Positions 13,598 to 26,991 of a DNA stretch of 64,000 bases are shown here, piece by piece (within the stretch, counting starts at the first letter, position 1; every line of letters starts with the position of its first letter). This DNA comes from Psammoneis japonica (Eukaryota). The notes beneath the pieces were generated by a model. It was not told where the DNA came from, did not search any database, and saw only the letters and a program-made list of their open reading frames with translations. Where the stretch lies: contig QPGO01000080.1 of the NCBI GenBank assembly GCA_008632985.1, positions 310,001-374,000 on the forward strand, given 5' to 3'. Made by a program: the position numbers and the translations under genes.

Positions 13598-14577
13598 GAT
13601 CAAACCATCTGGTTGCTGGATCAATCATTGTCAAACATTTCAGGACTGGGGGTTTCTTCTTTCCCTCATGACACATTTTGTATGGTCCAATGAGATCCAC
13701 ACACAGTCGTTCCCATGGCACTGATTCTGCACACCCAGGAGGCAAATGTCCGCATTTCTTGTGTTTCTTTTTGAGTTTTTGGCACGTCTCACATCTCGAC
13801 ACGTGTTTTCGCATGTCTTCACGCAAGGTGGACCACCACAAGTGTTGTGAGATTGTTTCTTCTGTTTGATTTGTGCCAGGGTGAAGAAGGTGTGCATGAC
13901 ACCAATCTGTCACTGCCTTGCAACGTCTTTGGAATGACGATTTTATCCTTGTGACATGTGAGCACCTAGTCTCGCTTGCCTCCATGAAAAGTCTTTGTGT
14001 GAAATGTCTTGTTGGACAATTTGGAGAGAATGTCTTTTTCCCGTTTTTGTTCTGTGTCAAGAACTTTGCAATTTAATGGAAAGACATTGTCGCAGGATTT
14101 TGGCAGGACCTTCTCAGCCAACTCTTCTGTGCTGAGGTTTTCCATGGGTTCTGTTTTTTTCACAGCAAGTCAGCCAATCGCATCTGTGACAACATTTGCC
14201 TTGCCCTCAGGTGTGTCATTTCGGGACTGCACTCTTTTGTCATCAGACGCCAATGCACGACTCTGTCCGTTGTGAAATTTTTGTGTGTGAGATTTTTGTG
14301 GTCCGTGTGCACATTCATCTGTTGGCCAAACAAAGTGTTTCGGAACTCTTTTGATGTCTCCACTGTGGACAACAGCTCTTTTTCCATCACAGCACAATGT
14401 GTCTGCGCTCCATTCAGCTTGTGGCTGTAGAAGGCAATTGGTTGGTTGTTCTGTGTGACAACCACCCCCAATTGAGAATTGCTTGCATCAGCGTGTGTCT
14501 CAAAGGGTGTGTTGAAATTCGGATGTGACAACAGTGTGTCTTTAGAGACAATGAGCTTCTCATTTTTGAAGGCTTTT
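13598..14577 (-). mobile_element. Third Gypsy pol fragment (RNase H to start of integrase), same family
   Basis: Homologous to ~6205-7178; ORFs 14160..14531 and 13554..14060. Confidence 0.88.
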
Positions 14578-14772
14578 GCTGGATCAAAGCAAAGAATGGC
14601 AGAGGTGGACAGTGTGAGTTAGAGTTGGCAGTGATTTTGGGTGGTGGGCCGAACTCAGAAAATGCAGCACTTGTGACTCAATCCACTTCAAACTTGGCAA
14701 GTTGCTGTCAATCACAGTGACAAATTTTAACATTTTACTTCCCATTGTCCACACAAATTTCCTGCTTCACAA

Positions 14773-15313
14773 TCAGTCATCACGATGGAGCGCATCGTCG
14801 ACACTGTCTTGGGCATCCTGCTTCCACTTGTCACAGTTGCCCTGAATGCCCTCCTTCCAGTTGTCGGCACTGTCTTTCCAACCCTGCTTCTTGTCATTGA
14901 ACTTCTCCTTGGCTCCCTCCACAGCCTCATTGGCATCGTCCTTCCAGCCCTGTGTGGTCTCAGTCACCTGATCTTTCCAGCCCTGAGTGGCATCTTTGAT
15001 TGCGTCGTTCACACCTTGCTTGGCATCGTCCAATTTGCCTTCAATCGCCTCTGTAATTCAAAGATGTCATCAAGCAGGAAGGCACATGAATTGCAAAGCT
15101 GCCGAAAAGCCAAACCACCATGTGCTGCACATGCTGCGCACCTTTTCCACATTTGGCTGCAATTTCCTTTCCAGCATCATCGATCTCATCTTTGTGCCGG
15201 TCTCCCGCCTCTTGCAAATTTCCTTTAATCTCCTTGTTTGCGTCCTCTGCCTTGTTGTTCCACTCCTCCTTCTTGGTGGCGCAGTGCGATGCGAGATCAT
15301 CTCCAAAGCCCAT
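14773..15313 (-). pseudogene. Two-exon hydrophilic amphipathic-repeat (LEA/apolipoprotein-like) host gene, TpA-converted
   Basis: Repeats QGWKD/NWKE/KWKQ at 11-aa spacing. Exon 1 MGFGDDL...; intron ~15051-15141 with GT...TTACAG on the minus strand. Confidence 0.6.
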
Positions 15314-15604
15314 GGTTTGTTTGTTCACAATGCACTGTGCTGTTTGGATCTAGAGTGCGTGTTGCCACGAACGGTGACAGCTGCCGCAGATGATGTCAAT
15401 TTTGTGGTTGGAAGCTTCTGTGAGAACAATGATGATGTGGTCGTAAAAGATCGCGTGTCACGTGAGACTGGCTTGGAGGTGCACAAATCGTCTGTTGTCA
15501 CCCGATGCGCGCAAACGCGCAGTCGACAAAACGATGAGGTGGGTCACACGCGTAGATCTTCAACGTAAGATCTGTCACGATGTGCTGCACCCGCAAGAAA
15601 TTTC

Positions 15605-18600
15605 ATGGATCGAAATCCACGATTTCCCTCCAACGCAACGTTTCGGCACAACACACTCAGCATCCATGTTCTGTCACACCCAACAACATTGTCACTCGCA
15701 TTGACATCAGACTGTCTCCAAAACATGCCAAGGTCACAGTTGCTTGCATGTGATAAATGCCAGTGCAACTGGAGTGATTGCGAATTGTTTTGTAAAGAGA
15801 TCAGTCAGCACTGCATTGCCACCAACACCGCGCATCCGTTGTTGGGTTATTGTCAAGTTCCAGAAGGGAAAAAGCTGGGCACTGTTGCTTTGAGAGCTTC
15901 ATTCATTCGGTTGCTTGGACAGGGATTCAAGGGAAAAGGTGAAATGGTCATTGCGAGACACCATTTTTACCTCAAGTTGATGGAGAGGAGTGGAACAAAA
16001 AAATCCGCACGACTTGCTGCCAAGGATGGAGCGCAGATCGAGTTGGATCCGTTGCCTGGTGCCGGGGGTGCATTTCGAAATGTCACTGCTCCCATGGATT
16101 TGGATGCTGCGGAATCCAAGCGTGTGTTGCTGGAGGAAATGATGGATGGCACCAACAAGTGTGGATGTGTCCAAGCGCCGCTTGCCTCCAGAGGGGATGT
16201 GCAGGCCATCATAAACTCGTTTTCTTCAGATCGAGTGGCTTGTGCCGTCATCAGGAAATCTGTTGAAGGCAACAACATGGAAGAAGCAACCGAGGAGGAG
16301 GTTTCATCAGCAGCCGCCGGTTGGACTGGCCCATTGGTGCCTTCTGTTGTGCAGCTCACACACAAGCTGAGTGCCTTGCACACAGAAATGATCAACAACA
16401 GCAGTGACTCCACGGACAACAACAGTGATGAGGAGTTCATGTGCCATCCAGATGTTGTGGCTGTTGTGAAACTGTGCTGCAAGTGCTGTGACAAGAATGA
16501 TTTGGTGCCACTTGGAAAAAACAAAAAGAACATTCAAGCACACTTGTGCCCGTGTTCATCTCATTGTCTCAATGAGCACACAACAAATTGCACAATGTTT
16601 TCCCTTGTCCAAAGGAGAAAAACAGACACCGGTGACTGTGGGTCCTGTGGTGCATGCAACAAATCCGCAAAGTGTCGCAAGATGGATTCCAAGTGTGTGG
16701 GAGAGATTCACCCATCAACCCGACATGGCTGCTGTTCTCATGAGCAACTGGAGAACAAGATGTCAAGCTTGGCAACCAACTTGAGGAAAGTTAGAAGCAG
16801 ATTAAAGTCTTTGCAAAAACTCATGCACTCTGACAAGAGCCGGCTCTGCATTGGCTCAAATGATGACCGTCTGCGTGATTTGCTGTTTGACTCTGCAAAA
16901 TGCTGTGAAGACAACAAGAATGATGTCCACAAAAAGATCCCAGAGTGTGTGGTCAAGCACATTGCAGAAATGGAGGGTGCACTTTTGCCATCAAAGCAGG
17001 TGGAAGCCGAGGCATCACAGATGGTGGATGAGCTGCTGGGCGCCATTTGCAACTTTGCCAAGAGAGCCGCAGGAAAACCAAAACAATGCAGCTTCTCTCC
17101 CCGACTCATGCGGATGGCCTTGGCTTTGTGTGCTGAATCTCCAAAAGGCTGCAAACACTGGAGTGAGTCTGGAATCACACAATGCCTTCTGTGCCACATT
17201 TGAAGCGAGTCAAGAAAGCCATGGCACCCAAGGAGGGGATGTTCCCAAACATCTGCGGATGGGCTGCAGATGCATTCACAGGTGGCTGTCACAAGAAGGT
17301 GGTTGGCCAATTTTTTTTTTGATCAACTCAAGCTGAGATCTGACTTCTGCTTCAACCCAATGACCTCTGTCTGCACTGGCATTGTTGTTGCTCATGACCA
17401 AGACAGGATCCAGCTGGCTGATGAGGTTCTGGCATTGGTGAAGAAAACTGACAAGGAAATTGCCAACGTTGAGCCAGAAGACAACCTGGTTGAGCAAGAG
17501 AGTGCCAAGGACAGTGGCAAGGAGGAGAGCACAAAAGAGGCCAGCTTCAGCATCTCTCTCTACGTCAACCAGTTTTTTTTTGCGAGTCAGAGCAGCCTGA
17601 CAGGTGGAACAAAATGAATGTGAACTTGGTCAAGCAAGTCCTTCACTCTGACACAATCAATGAGCTCACAAACCACCTGTCTGAGGAGCTTCAAATTTTC
17701 CACCCAGAAGCTCAGTTTGCCAGCAGTGCAGACAAGACCATGGTGCAGACTGTGACCAATTTGAAGGACCAGTTTGTGAAGATTGATGCATCCACTGTGG
17801 CCAGCTCTCAGCTGCCTCAATTTGAGACAGCAATGTCAGACCCGTCGCACTCGTGGCAGAGGGGTGTAATTCGGGGTGTAACTTTGGGGTGTAAAAACGC
17901 GCGTCCCCTCAAAAAAAATTACAGCCAACAAATGGGCCTCCAGACGCACGCATTTTTTTCCTGTAATTTTCGTGCGAGAGCAGACCGCATTGGCGGCAGA
18001 AAACGCGCCGCGATCCGTTTCTCATTGTGTGTCCATCTAAAGACAAAAAGAAACGACTTGTGAGTCAACGACAGACTGCAGTGTCTGCAGATGCAAAGCT
18101 TGACTGCAACGTCTGTCAAGCATCATGAGTGCTGCGGCCTCCATGGAAGATTTTGATCTCTGTGTGATCATTTTGCTTCTGCAGTTTCTTCTTCTTGAAA
18201 TCAACACTTTGATGTTGAATGCAAAGCAAGCCCTTGATGAGTTGATTGAGGAAGAGCAACAAAGAAACCGAACCCCTGAACGAGAGAAAGATCGTCCATC
18301 ATGGAAATCTCTTTTCAAATCAACGAGCAACAGGGTGTTCCGTCGGATGTTTCGCATGAAAAAGAAATCATTCATGAAACTGTGCAATGAAGTTTGTGAC
18401 AAAGTGGGAAAAGACACGTTCTTGCCAGAAGATTGCATCAATGGCACGGAGCACAAGAAGAAGACAGATGCCGCGACAGCATTCAGGGGTGGTGCAATTC
18501 CTGGAGAGATGAAAATTGCCACGGTGCTTTTGTTGAAGCATGGCGGCGGCCGCACGAATCGCATCTTTGGGAGTGCGATTTTCCTGGTGCTTGCTCGTGG

Positions 18601-21146
18601 TGGAGTGCCAACAATTCTCAAGGTTCAAAATGACCATTGGGATCCCACCGTGCTCGTTGTTGTTCTGGAGCATGAAGACCTTGTCATTCTTTCCATGCTT
18701 CCAAAGGCTTGGGTGCACCTCAGTGCAGTCTGTGTGTTTCCCAGTGCGAACCAAAACCTTGGCAATGGCATCCTTGCTTCTTGTTTGGTTTGTTGGAAGG
18801 TTGGGAAACCTGTTGGCCTTCTGTTGCTTGCAAAGGGCAGTCAAAAACTTCCCCATTGCAATGTGCTTTAAGGTTTTTGCTTTGCTCTTTGCATCTTGAA
18901 CGCCTTCATCTTGAAGACTTGTCATCAGTGAGTGCAAAGTGGGGCACAGCTTCTTGTCTTGAGCTGCCTGGTGTGGCTCGGCCATGGCTAGAGAGCAGCT
19001 TGAGTTGAGCGGCAGTGTTGCAATGGTCTTGCAATGGATGACTCTCCACCTCAGCGCAATGTCCCCGTGAGGTGCATGTTGCAGTGACGAATTGCAGAGG
19101 ATGTTGTTGGCTGATGTGATTTCCTGCCAGCTGCTTTTTGAGGTTGGAGGGAGGTGGATTCTTGCAGAGGGGTGGTTTCACACTCTCGCACTCGTGCCAA
19201 AATCAGCTGCAATTTTGGGGTGTAAAATCGCGCGATGCACGTTTTTACACCCCCAAATTGCACCCCGAATTGCACCCCAATTTCCACGAGTGCGACGGGT
19301 CTCAGACGTGATGACTCTTGAGTTTGTCACACACATGACAAACATCTACACAGAAATGTTCATGAACAGGTTTGCATGAATCACCCCCAAGAACATTCAG
19401 AAGTGGAAGGACAAGGTGGCAGCGACACTTGAGCACCTTCATGATTGGCGCGCAGAGCAACTGAAGGGCAAAGAGGAGCTAAAGTTGAAAGACTCTGAGT
19501 CTAAAGAGTGGCAAAAGTGGTTTCCATCAAGTCAAACTTGCCACGCACTGCATGTGAGTGTTTGCGGTTTCATGGTTTGTGTGGAAACTGTGTGGAAGGT
19601 GGCGGGAGACAAGGTTTTCATCCCATTCTTGCACTCCAACACCAGCATTCTGGAAGCACTGTTTTCCCTTGTCCGGCAACACAAAGGTGACACGCTGCTG
19701 AGTTGCCTGAGCACAACAGGAATTGTGGACTCGCAAAAGGCATTTGCAGCCTTGGATGGAAATCCGATGTGCGACAGCGAAGATGTCACCAGAGCCAAGT
19801 CAACGGGCAATGACCTCACCAATCACACAGACAAACAAAGACACGCCATGGTGAACCAATGGCTGCAGGATCGGAGTGCCAGGAACTCAACTCACACCCT
19901 GGATTTGTCCACTGGACAACAAATCAAAACAAACAAATCAAAAGGCAGTCAAGGCGCAAAGTTGGTGCTGGACAGAATGAACACGGAAAGCAGGACATGG
20001 CATGACAACATGATGTTGAGCGACGTTGACTTCATGGAGCATGCCAAGTTGGCAGTTGGCACTGAAGAAGAACATTGCTTTCAAGCACTGTGTCGACTGA
20101 ACAAAGCTGAACAAAAAGCCTTCCATGAAGCCTGTCAGTGCCTTTGGGGAGAGATGGAAAAAGGATGTGAGAAGTTTGGAAGGCGCGGAGTTGAGCGGTC
20201 CTTCATGGTTCAAGTGTGCAAATTGCAAACAGACATGGAAAGGATGGGCACTCACCATTCCAGGCTCCCAAACACTCTGCAGGCAGAAACGGCAGAAGAT
20301 GGCAAGCCCAAAAAGCTGTCGGCATTCCACGTCCTGATTGTCAACTTCTTTGCCTCTTGGTTTGCAGAAGAATTCACACAAACTCTGGACAATGCCATGG
20401 AGGATGGAATCTTCCAAGAACCCAGAAGCGTTGATGAAGCAGTCGAGAAAGCCACAGCAAAAGACAACAAGAAATGGGAAGCAATTGCCTCATCTGCAAA
20501 TGCCATTTCTCAGGAGGACACAAACAAGGAGGTGACGTGGTTCCCAGGCTGGGCAACAGCGAACGCACGCAATCATTTTGAAGCAGACTCTGAGAGTGGA
20601 AAGAAAGCAGCAGCAATGCTTGATGAGATGGTGACAGACAAAATGGAGTTGAGAAATGCAGCGCCATCCATTCAAGAAATGGTGCATCCCAAGATGCTCA
20701 AGCTCAAAGACGAGTCTCGCGGCCGCGCCGGAAAAGAGGATTGCACGTTGGTGTCCCCCAAGTTTTTTGCATTCGGGTTGTGATTGCTTGCTGCAATTCG
20801 TGGTCACTTCAATGAAGCCACAACAAAGAAGCTGGGGGAGGACAGCGCAACTGCAGCATGCAACAAACTCACAGACGAGGCCGTGGAATTGCTGTGGAAT
20901 GACTTCGCAGAGTCGATTCCTGATGCAGTGTATGATGCTGCAAGCGATGATGAAGCCGTGCAGCAACTGTTCGTTTGCATTGTCCAAAAAACATTTGCAG
21001 CTCGAGCATCACGAGTGGTTGACTCGTTTCGGGAGGAACACACAAGCAGATGTGCATCAAAAGTGGTGGATGCTGCATTGCGGGAGGGACCAAAAGTCAT
21101 GGCAAAAAGGGGAAACAAAAAAGACGATGTCAGCAAAGAAGAACAA
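15605..21146 (+). mobile_element. Decayed P-superfamily (THAP9-like) DNA transposase gene, interrupted by a Harbinger element
   Basis: FSPRLMRMALALCAESPKGCK (family pattern ..ALALY..SP.GY), FFFDQLKLRSDFCFNP (FDEMKI motif), MNVNLVKQVLHS (MRVKLAAQV motif), HSNTSILEALFSLVR (NQ..LE.LFS.IR motif). Termini not identified. Confidence 0.65.
17839..19301 (+). mobile_element. Internally deleted PIF/Harbinger DNA transposon
   Basis: TIRs GACCCGTCGCACTCGTGG plus subterminal GGGGTGTAA repeats at both ends. 3-bp TSD TCA (17836-38, 19302-04). Harbinger transposase N-terminus FRRMFRMKKKSFMKLC..GGAIPGEMKIA (18125+). Second ORF remnant on the opposite strand (18368..18985). Confidence 0.88.
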
Positions 21147-22509
21147 ACAATGACAACAATGCACAGTTCAATCTTACCTTGCCATTCATTGTCACACATT
21201 AAGAAGCAACAAACGGCTGTCCAAACCATGCCACAGCTCATCCGCAAGAACAGCACAATGCTGCGGACGCCTGCTCACGACCACAAATGCACGATTGACG
21301 TTGGTTTTTGTCTTGTTGTGCTGCAAGCATTGTCCATGAGCATTGTCACGTCAAGCCTTGTTGACCACCCCCTTGTGTCGACATGGAGACAAGGCTGTGC
21401 AGCCACCAGCACCAGTCAAAACCACAATGCTCTTGCCTGCCCATCCCACTGCAGCTCCCGAAGCAACATCAGCTTGTGCCAAGGACAAAAGGCATTCTCA
21501 GTGCTGGCGGCATCTTGGCTGGAGCTCAAATTGTGCGTGTGACCATGGTGGCTGAGGAGACATCCCCCAGCTGTGTGCAAGCAACTGATTGTTTTAATGC
21601 ACTCAGGTGGGTGTTGTTGTTGGTGCATTGAAACATTTGCAAATGAGTGGAGCATTGTTTTCCAATCAACAGTGGTTTGATCACAAGTTGGTGAGACTGC
21701 ACGAAATTTGTGAAAATGTTGCCATTTTTAATGCACGTGTTCGCCTGTGGCTGGAGCATGTCAGCCATTGGGAAAAACAATCTGCTTGGGTGCCAAGTCT
21801 GATGGAATTGAGAGAGATGATTCCAAGAGCTCCTGGGTGCAGTCTTCTTTGAATTGATGATCTTTTGCACTGGGACGGTTGTTGAATTGCCCAAGGACAG
21901 ATGGTGCTCCTCCATCATCTCCATCATTTCCAGATTTCATTCACAGCATGTTGGCCCCTCCAAGTGTCAAGCCCCCTGTTGCTCCAGCTGCACTGGTTTT
22001 GGCTCCAGAGGGAAACCCAACTGCACCTGGATCACCTGAAGCAAAATTGGTTGTTGACAATGATGACCATTTTCCCAAACCTCCAGACTTGCTGGGTCCT
22101 GCTTGGATGTGCTCTTGTGGAGCTGTGCACATGCCAGATCATCATGGCAATGAAGGCAACAACCATCACAACTGTGACAGACACACCTTCAAAGGTGCTG
22201 CTTCTTTTGTTTTGAGCTCATCATGTTGGTTCAATGATTCATGCAATGTTTGCTGATCTCAACTTGCACATGCATCCTCCATTGGACATTTTTGTGAGCA
22301 ACAAGAAGACTCATGATCCTGATGTTTTTTTGCATCATAGAGCAATGGCAGGACTGCATGCCAAAGAGTTAAAAAAAGCTGTGAATTCAGAGGAGATCAA
22401 TGATTTAATGTGACACAGCTCATTTGCTCTGACACTGTGCATGTTGGTGCCTCCTCAGGGATCATGCCAATGTTTTGACCAGCACTTGGTGGGTGCCCAA
22501 GATCAAGAG

Positions 22510-22910
22510 ATGCCTTGATGGATGTGTCTCAAGAAGGCAGTGCTGCAAGTTTGCAGTGCAGGTTTTGCTGCTGGATTGTAGAGCTGCAAAGATCAAAATG
22601 ATCCAGCACATGTCAAGAGTCAGCCTGGCTCTGCATTTTGACCACTGGCAGAGCACAACCCAATGATTTGGGCTCCCAAGCTGCAAACTGAGATTTTGCA
22701 CTGTCCATGCTCCAGGCAGAGCACATCCCCTTGTCCAAGGTGATGTGAGTTCCACCAAAAATGAAAAAGAGCTCATCAAGGAAGTGGCTTTTTTGATGAG
22801 CATTGACAGGCTTGATGGGTGTGTCTCAAGAAGGCAGTGCAAGGTTGCAGCGCAGGTTTGCTGCTGGATTGTGAAGCTGTGAAGATCAAAATGATCCAGC
22901 ATGTGCCAAG
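22510..22910. repeat. ~100-bp diverged direct repeat pair
   Basis: cttgatggRtgtgtctcaagaaggcagtgc...aagatcaaaatgatccagca at ~22513-22618 and ~22810-22910. Confidence 0.8.
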
Positions 22911-25705
22911 CTTTTGGAATGGATTGAGGGCTTTGTGAACAATGCACCAGAATTCAACAATGATCCTGGTGCTTCCACACCACCACCCAGTGTGATTGTT
23001 GCACCCACAAGTGCTGATCATGGCCAAAACCTGCTCCGAGAAGCTGTGCTCTTCTTCTTCCACTTCAAGGGGGCATGGGTGTGTGGTCAAGTGTGAGAGG
23101 TTTGGCTTGGCAAAATTCATGACTCTAAGGACTCTTGTGACATTGTGGGTGACACAATTGTTGGAGAGCTGCAGAAAGAGCCGTGCAAAATTACAGCTGT
23201 GCCAGATGCCAATGACAGAGAAGCTCTTGTTTGCATGAGTGCCAATGAAGGAAAATGTTTCTGCAGGCGCATTGAGAGAAAGCAGAGAGAAGAATGGGAG
23301 CAGATGGATGAAGCTGGTGCTGGTGCATGTGTTCCTGAAGGAGGTCATGTGGACAAGGACCATGGCCCAACAAGGCTTGGGTTTGCAGTCATTGGGGACA
23401 TTGCTTTCTGCAAAACTGTCCTGGGTCAGGAAGGCACTCATGGGTTCTGTTGGAGATTGCTTTGGCAGCAAAACAAGCAAGTCAAAGATGGATGGAACAA
23501 TGTTGCTTGTGACATGAAGATGATGGAACAGATCATCAACATTGCATCCAACATTGTTGCAAATGGGGAAACAGCCAAAATGGAAGAGGGAGCTTGGCTT
23601 GAAGGAGAGGATCCATCCACCCAAATGAGAGGGAACATGGGGTGGACCATGGGTGTGCCAGTGAAGTGGTCAGTGGAAACACAGCTGTCAATGTCAACGC
23701 CATTTCCAACGCCATTCAACAATGGGTCAAGATGATCATCAATGCTGACAAAGGGAACCCTTGAATGTCTGCACCCCCTGCAAAGCTGGGAGTCATGGGA
23801 TGAACCCCAGCAGCCCACTCTCCAGCTTGCAATCCCAAAAAGCAGGATCCAGTGGCTGTGCTCCCCAAATGAGGAAAGAGCACACAATGTGCACCCCCCA
23901 GCACAGTTGTCAAAGGGTGCATCCACTGACATTGCTGCACCAACAGCACAAATGTGGGGCACAGGACAAACGCTGGCAATGACATCAGGAGAACTGTCAA
24001 AGAGTGTGGAAGGACTGACTGCACCCCTCACAAGCACAGGTGGCATGGCAGCATGATGGATGTCCCTCACACCACAACCATGAGGTGGTGCATTGCAGCT
24101 GCAGATGGACAATTCTGGATCTCCTGGCAGCAACTTCTTCATGACCCCACTGTTGGCTGCATTCAGACACTGTTTCTTTGATGGACAACAGTGGTGGTGG
24201 CTCCTCCATGCCTTTGAGCCACTGGAAGGGGACAAACGGCAATCCACGATGCACTGGAAAACAAAAAATGGGTGTGTGGAAATGTTGCTCTGTTGCCAAA
24301 ATAAAAAAGATGTCACAAAACAGACAAATTGTGAGTGAAATTTTGCTTCCCTTTTCCAACTGAATCAAACAAAATTTTTGGAGAGCATGGGAAAAACAGA
24401 GATTGCATTTGAGAAAAAAGATTGAGCATCACCAAAAGAGAGCTTGCAGCCAGCTGAGTGGCTGGATCATGTGCAGACACATGTGGCTGGGGTGTGACAA
24501 CTTGAACAATTTTGGAAAATGTGTCCTTTTCTGTTGGAGAAACACAAGTTGTGTTCAGGAATGGTCAATTGAAATCACACAGGAAATGGGTTCTCACAGC
24601 CTTTCTTCAACTCAAGGGTTTTCTGCCTTTTTTTCTCCATGTCAAGGGTTTCCTTTTCCTTCCTTGTGTTGGGTTCCCATGTCAGGGGTGCTTGGCATCC
24701 CAAGTGAGTTGTCCCCAAAATTCCCTTGAGTTGGCATCCCTCCATTTGGTTGCATCATGCCAGACATTTTTTGTTTGATGACAATTTCTTGATGTCACAT
24801 GATGTCATCACTGCCACAGTGTGAAGCACTCTTCTCACTGCTCTCACCCCAGCTGCTGATGTGACCATCACACTGTCAGACCATGATCACCACACTGTGG
24901 TGCCATCACAATGTGTTGGATGACATCGCTGGCACACTGTCAAATTCATTGCTGTTTTGTGGTCTGGCACTGCCAAAGACATCAGCACCATGTCATCAGA
25001 CATTTTCTTGCTCATCCACCTGGATGCATTGTTTCACATCAGCACCATCAATGTCGGCGCTGTCAAATTGCATTGCTCATTGCAGCAAGGCAATGGGAAC
25101 CTCCCTTGCTGGCTCAGTTTTCCTTGTTGATGCAACTCCCCAGCCCCAGTGTCATTTTGGGACAGACATCTGAGAAGCACTGTCTTTCACAATGGCAGGT
25201 TGACATGACATTTTGTGGTGTTGATGCCAAGTTGTTGAAGAAGCTCTTGACTGTCCTCCTCCAACTCCAGAGGAAACAGTCACTCTGGATCAGTGTCATG
25301 TGTGGTTGAGAAATGAAATTTCATGCAGAGAAAAAGAAACTTGGACTCATTTGCTGCACAAAGCCAACAAAAATGTCAAATCCAAAAACACGCACTTGTG
25401 CCAAGGCACTGTTGCTGAGTGTGTGAAGAAAAGAAGGGCTCACCATGCCAAATGTCACCATCATTGTTGACCAAGAATTGAGGAGGCAAAGATGAAGTCA
25501 AGCAAGTTTTTGGCCCCATTGGCAGCAACAGCCTCCAATGTGCAAAAACTTCTGCTGCACATGAGCCCCCAAAAGGGTGTTGCATGGCAGGGGAGAAGCA
25601 CAGGCAGGTGACACCAATGCTGAAAACAATGTGTTGTTGGTGGGCTTGAAGAGCATCCTGAATTTTATGATCCAACATCTGTCAAGAAAGATGAGATGCG
25701 TTTGC

Positions 25706-26381
25706 AGGATTCTGGGGGCTGTTGACCTTGAGGGGTGCCTTGTTGAAGAGCAATGCTGCCATTGATTCTTTGGTGGGATCAAGGGTTTCCAGTGGGATGA
25801 GTTCTGTGAAGATGCACTTTCTCAACAGATCAACAACATTGTCCTTGGATTGCGCATGTTGTGCATTGTCCAAAATTGATCTAGATCAATGACGATGCTG
25901 CCGCAAAGGGCATTGAAGATCTGAGTGGTGTCATCATTGCATCCGTGTGGTGCAAACACTGTGGAGATCTTGATGATGCCATCACAAGCCTGTTTCTTTG
26001 GAGTGTCAGGTGCCATGGTTGATGAGGTGCACAAAATGTTTGGTCACACAGGATTTTGGGGGCTGTCAACCTTGAGGGGTGTCTTGTTAAAGAGCAATGC
26101 AACCATCAATTCTTTGGTGGGATCAAGGGTTTCCAGTGGGATGAGTTCTGTGAAGATGCACTCCCTCAACAGATCAACAACACTGTCCTTGGATTGTGCA
26201 TGTTGTGCATTGTCCAAAAATTGATCCAGATCAATGATGACACCACCACAAAGGGCATTGAAGATCTGAGTGGTGTCATCATTGGTGCAAACACCATGAA
26301 GATCTTGCTGATGCCATCTTGAGCCTGTTTCTTTGGAGTGTCAGGTGCCATGGTTGATGAAGTGCACAAAATGTTTGGTCA
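25706..26381. repeat. ~340-bp tandem duplication in a decayed coding-like sequence
   Basis: ggattYtgggggctgt...gcacaaaatgtttggtca occurs twice (~25706-26046 and ~26051-26381); duplicated ORFs MCTSSTMAPDTPKKQ. Confidence 0.88.
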
Positions 26382-26517
26382 TGCACACGCAGAAACCTGG
26401 CATTGTTCTGCAGAGCCTGTGTGCTGATGAAAAAGTTGGGCTCAGGATCAAAAATGGTGGCCTGCTTGTTCAGCTCACAAACTGAACAAATCAAAATTGG
26501 GTTTTTGTTGCAGAGAA

Positions 26518-26813
26518 TGACAGGATTTGAACAGGATTTAGGTGCACGCGAAATGTCGTGCGCTGTTTGGTTTGCTGCGCACAGTTTTGTGTGCTTTGGT
26601 TCCGCGCGTTCGCACACAATGCAGTTTGCTTTCGAGCCACAAGGCTCACAAGAACAATGACAGTAGCCCGATTGTACCGACTTGCACGTCTTTCGGCTCC
26701 TGCAACGGTCTCTGAGCGGAGACTCATCTGCTGTTTAGACAGCAGCAAGGAGTTGTTGTTTGAACTCTTGCCATTTGCCTTCAATTTCTGTCAGAGAAAC
26801 AAGTGACCTGACA
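26518..26813 (+). repeat. Copia 5' LTR
   Basis: Colinear repeat of 35638-35933 at offset 9120. Confidence 0.92.
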
Positions 26814-26991
26814 ATGCCTTCAATTTCTGTCAGATTGACAGTCTTGCTCATTGTCAACCCATTGAGCAACCGCCATCGTCGTCGTTGATTTACCGACGAC
26901 GCCATTTCAATTCTGCGTGCACCTCCGTGTGTGTTCTACATGCATCGGCAAGTCTGCGCGCATTCAATGCCAGGCATCAGCAGGATTTTAA

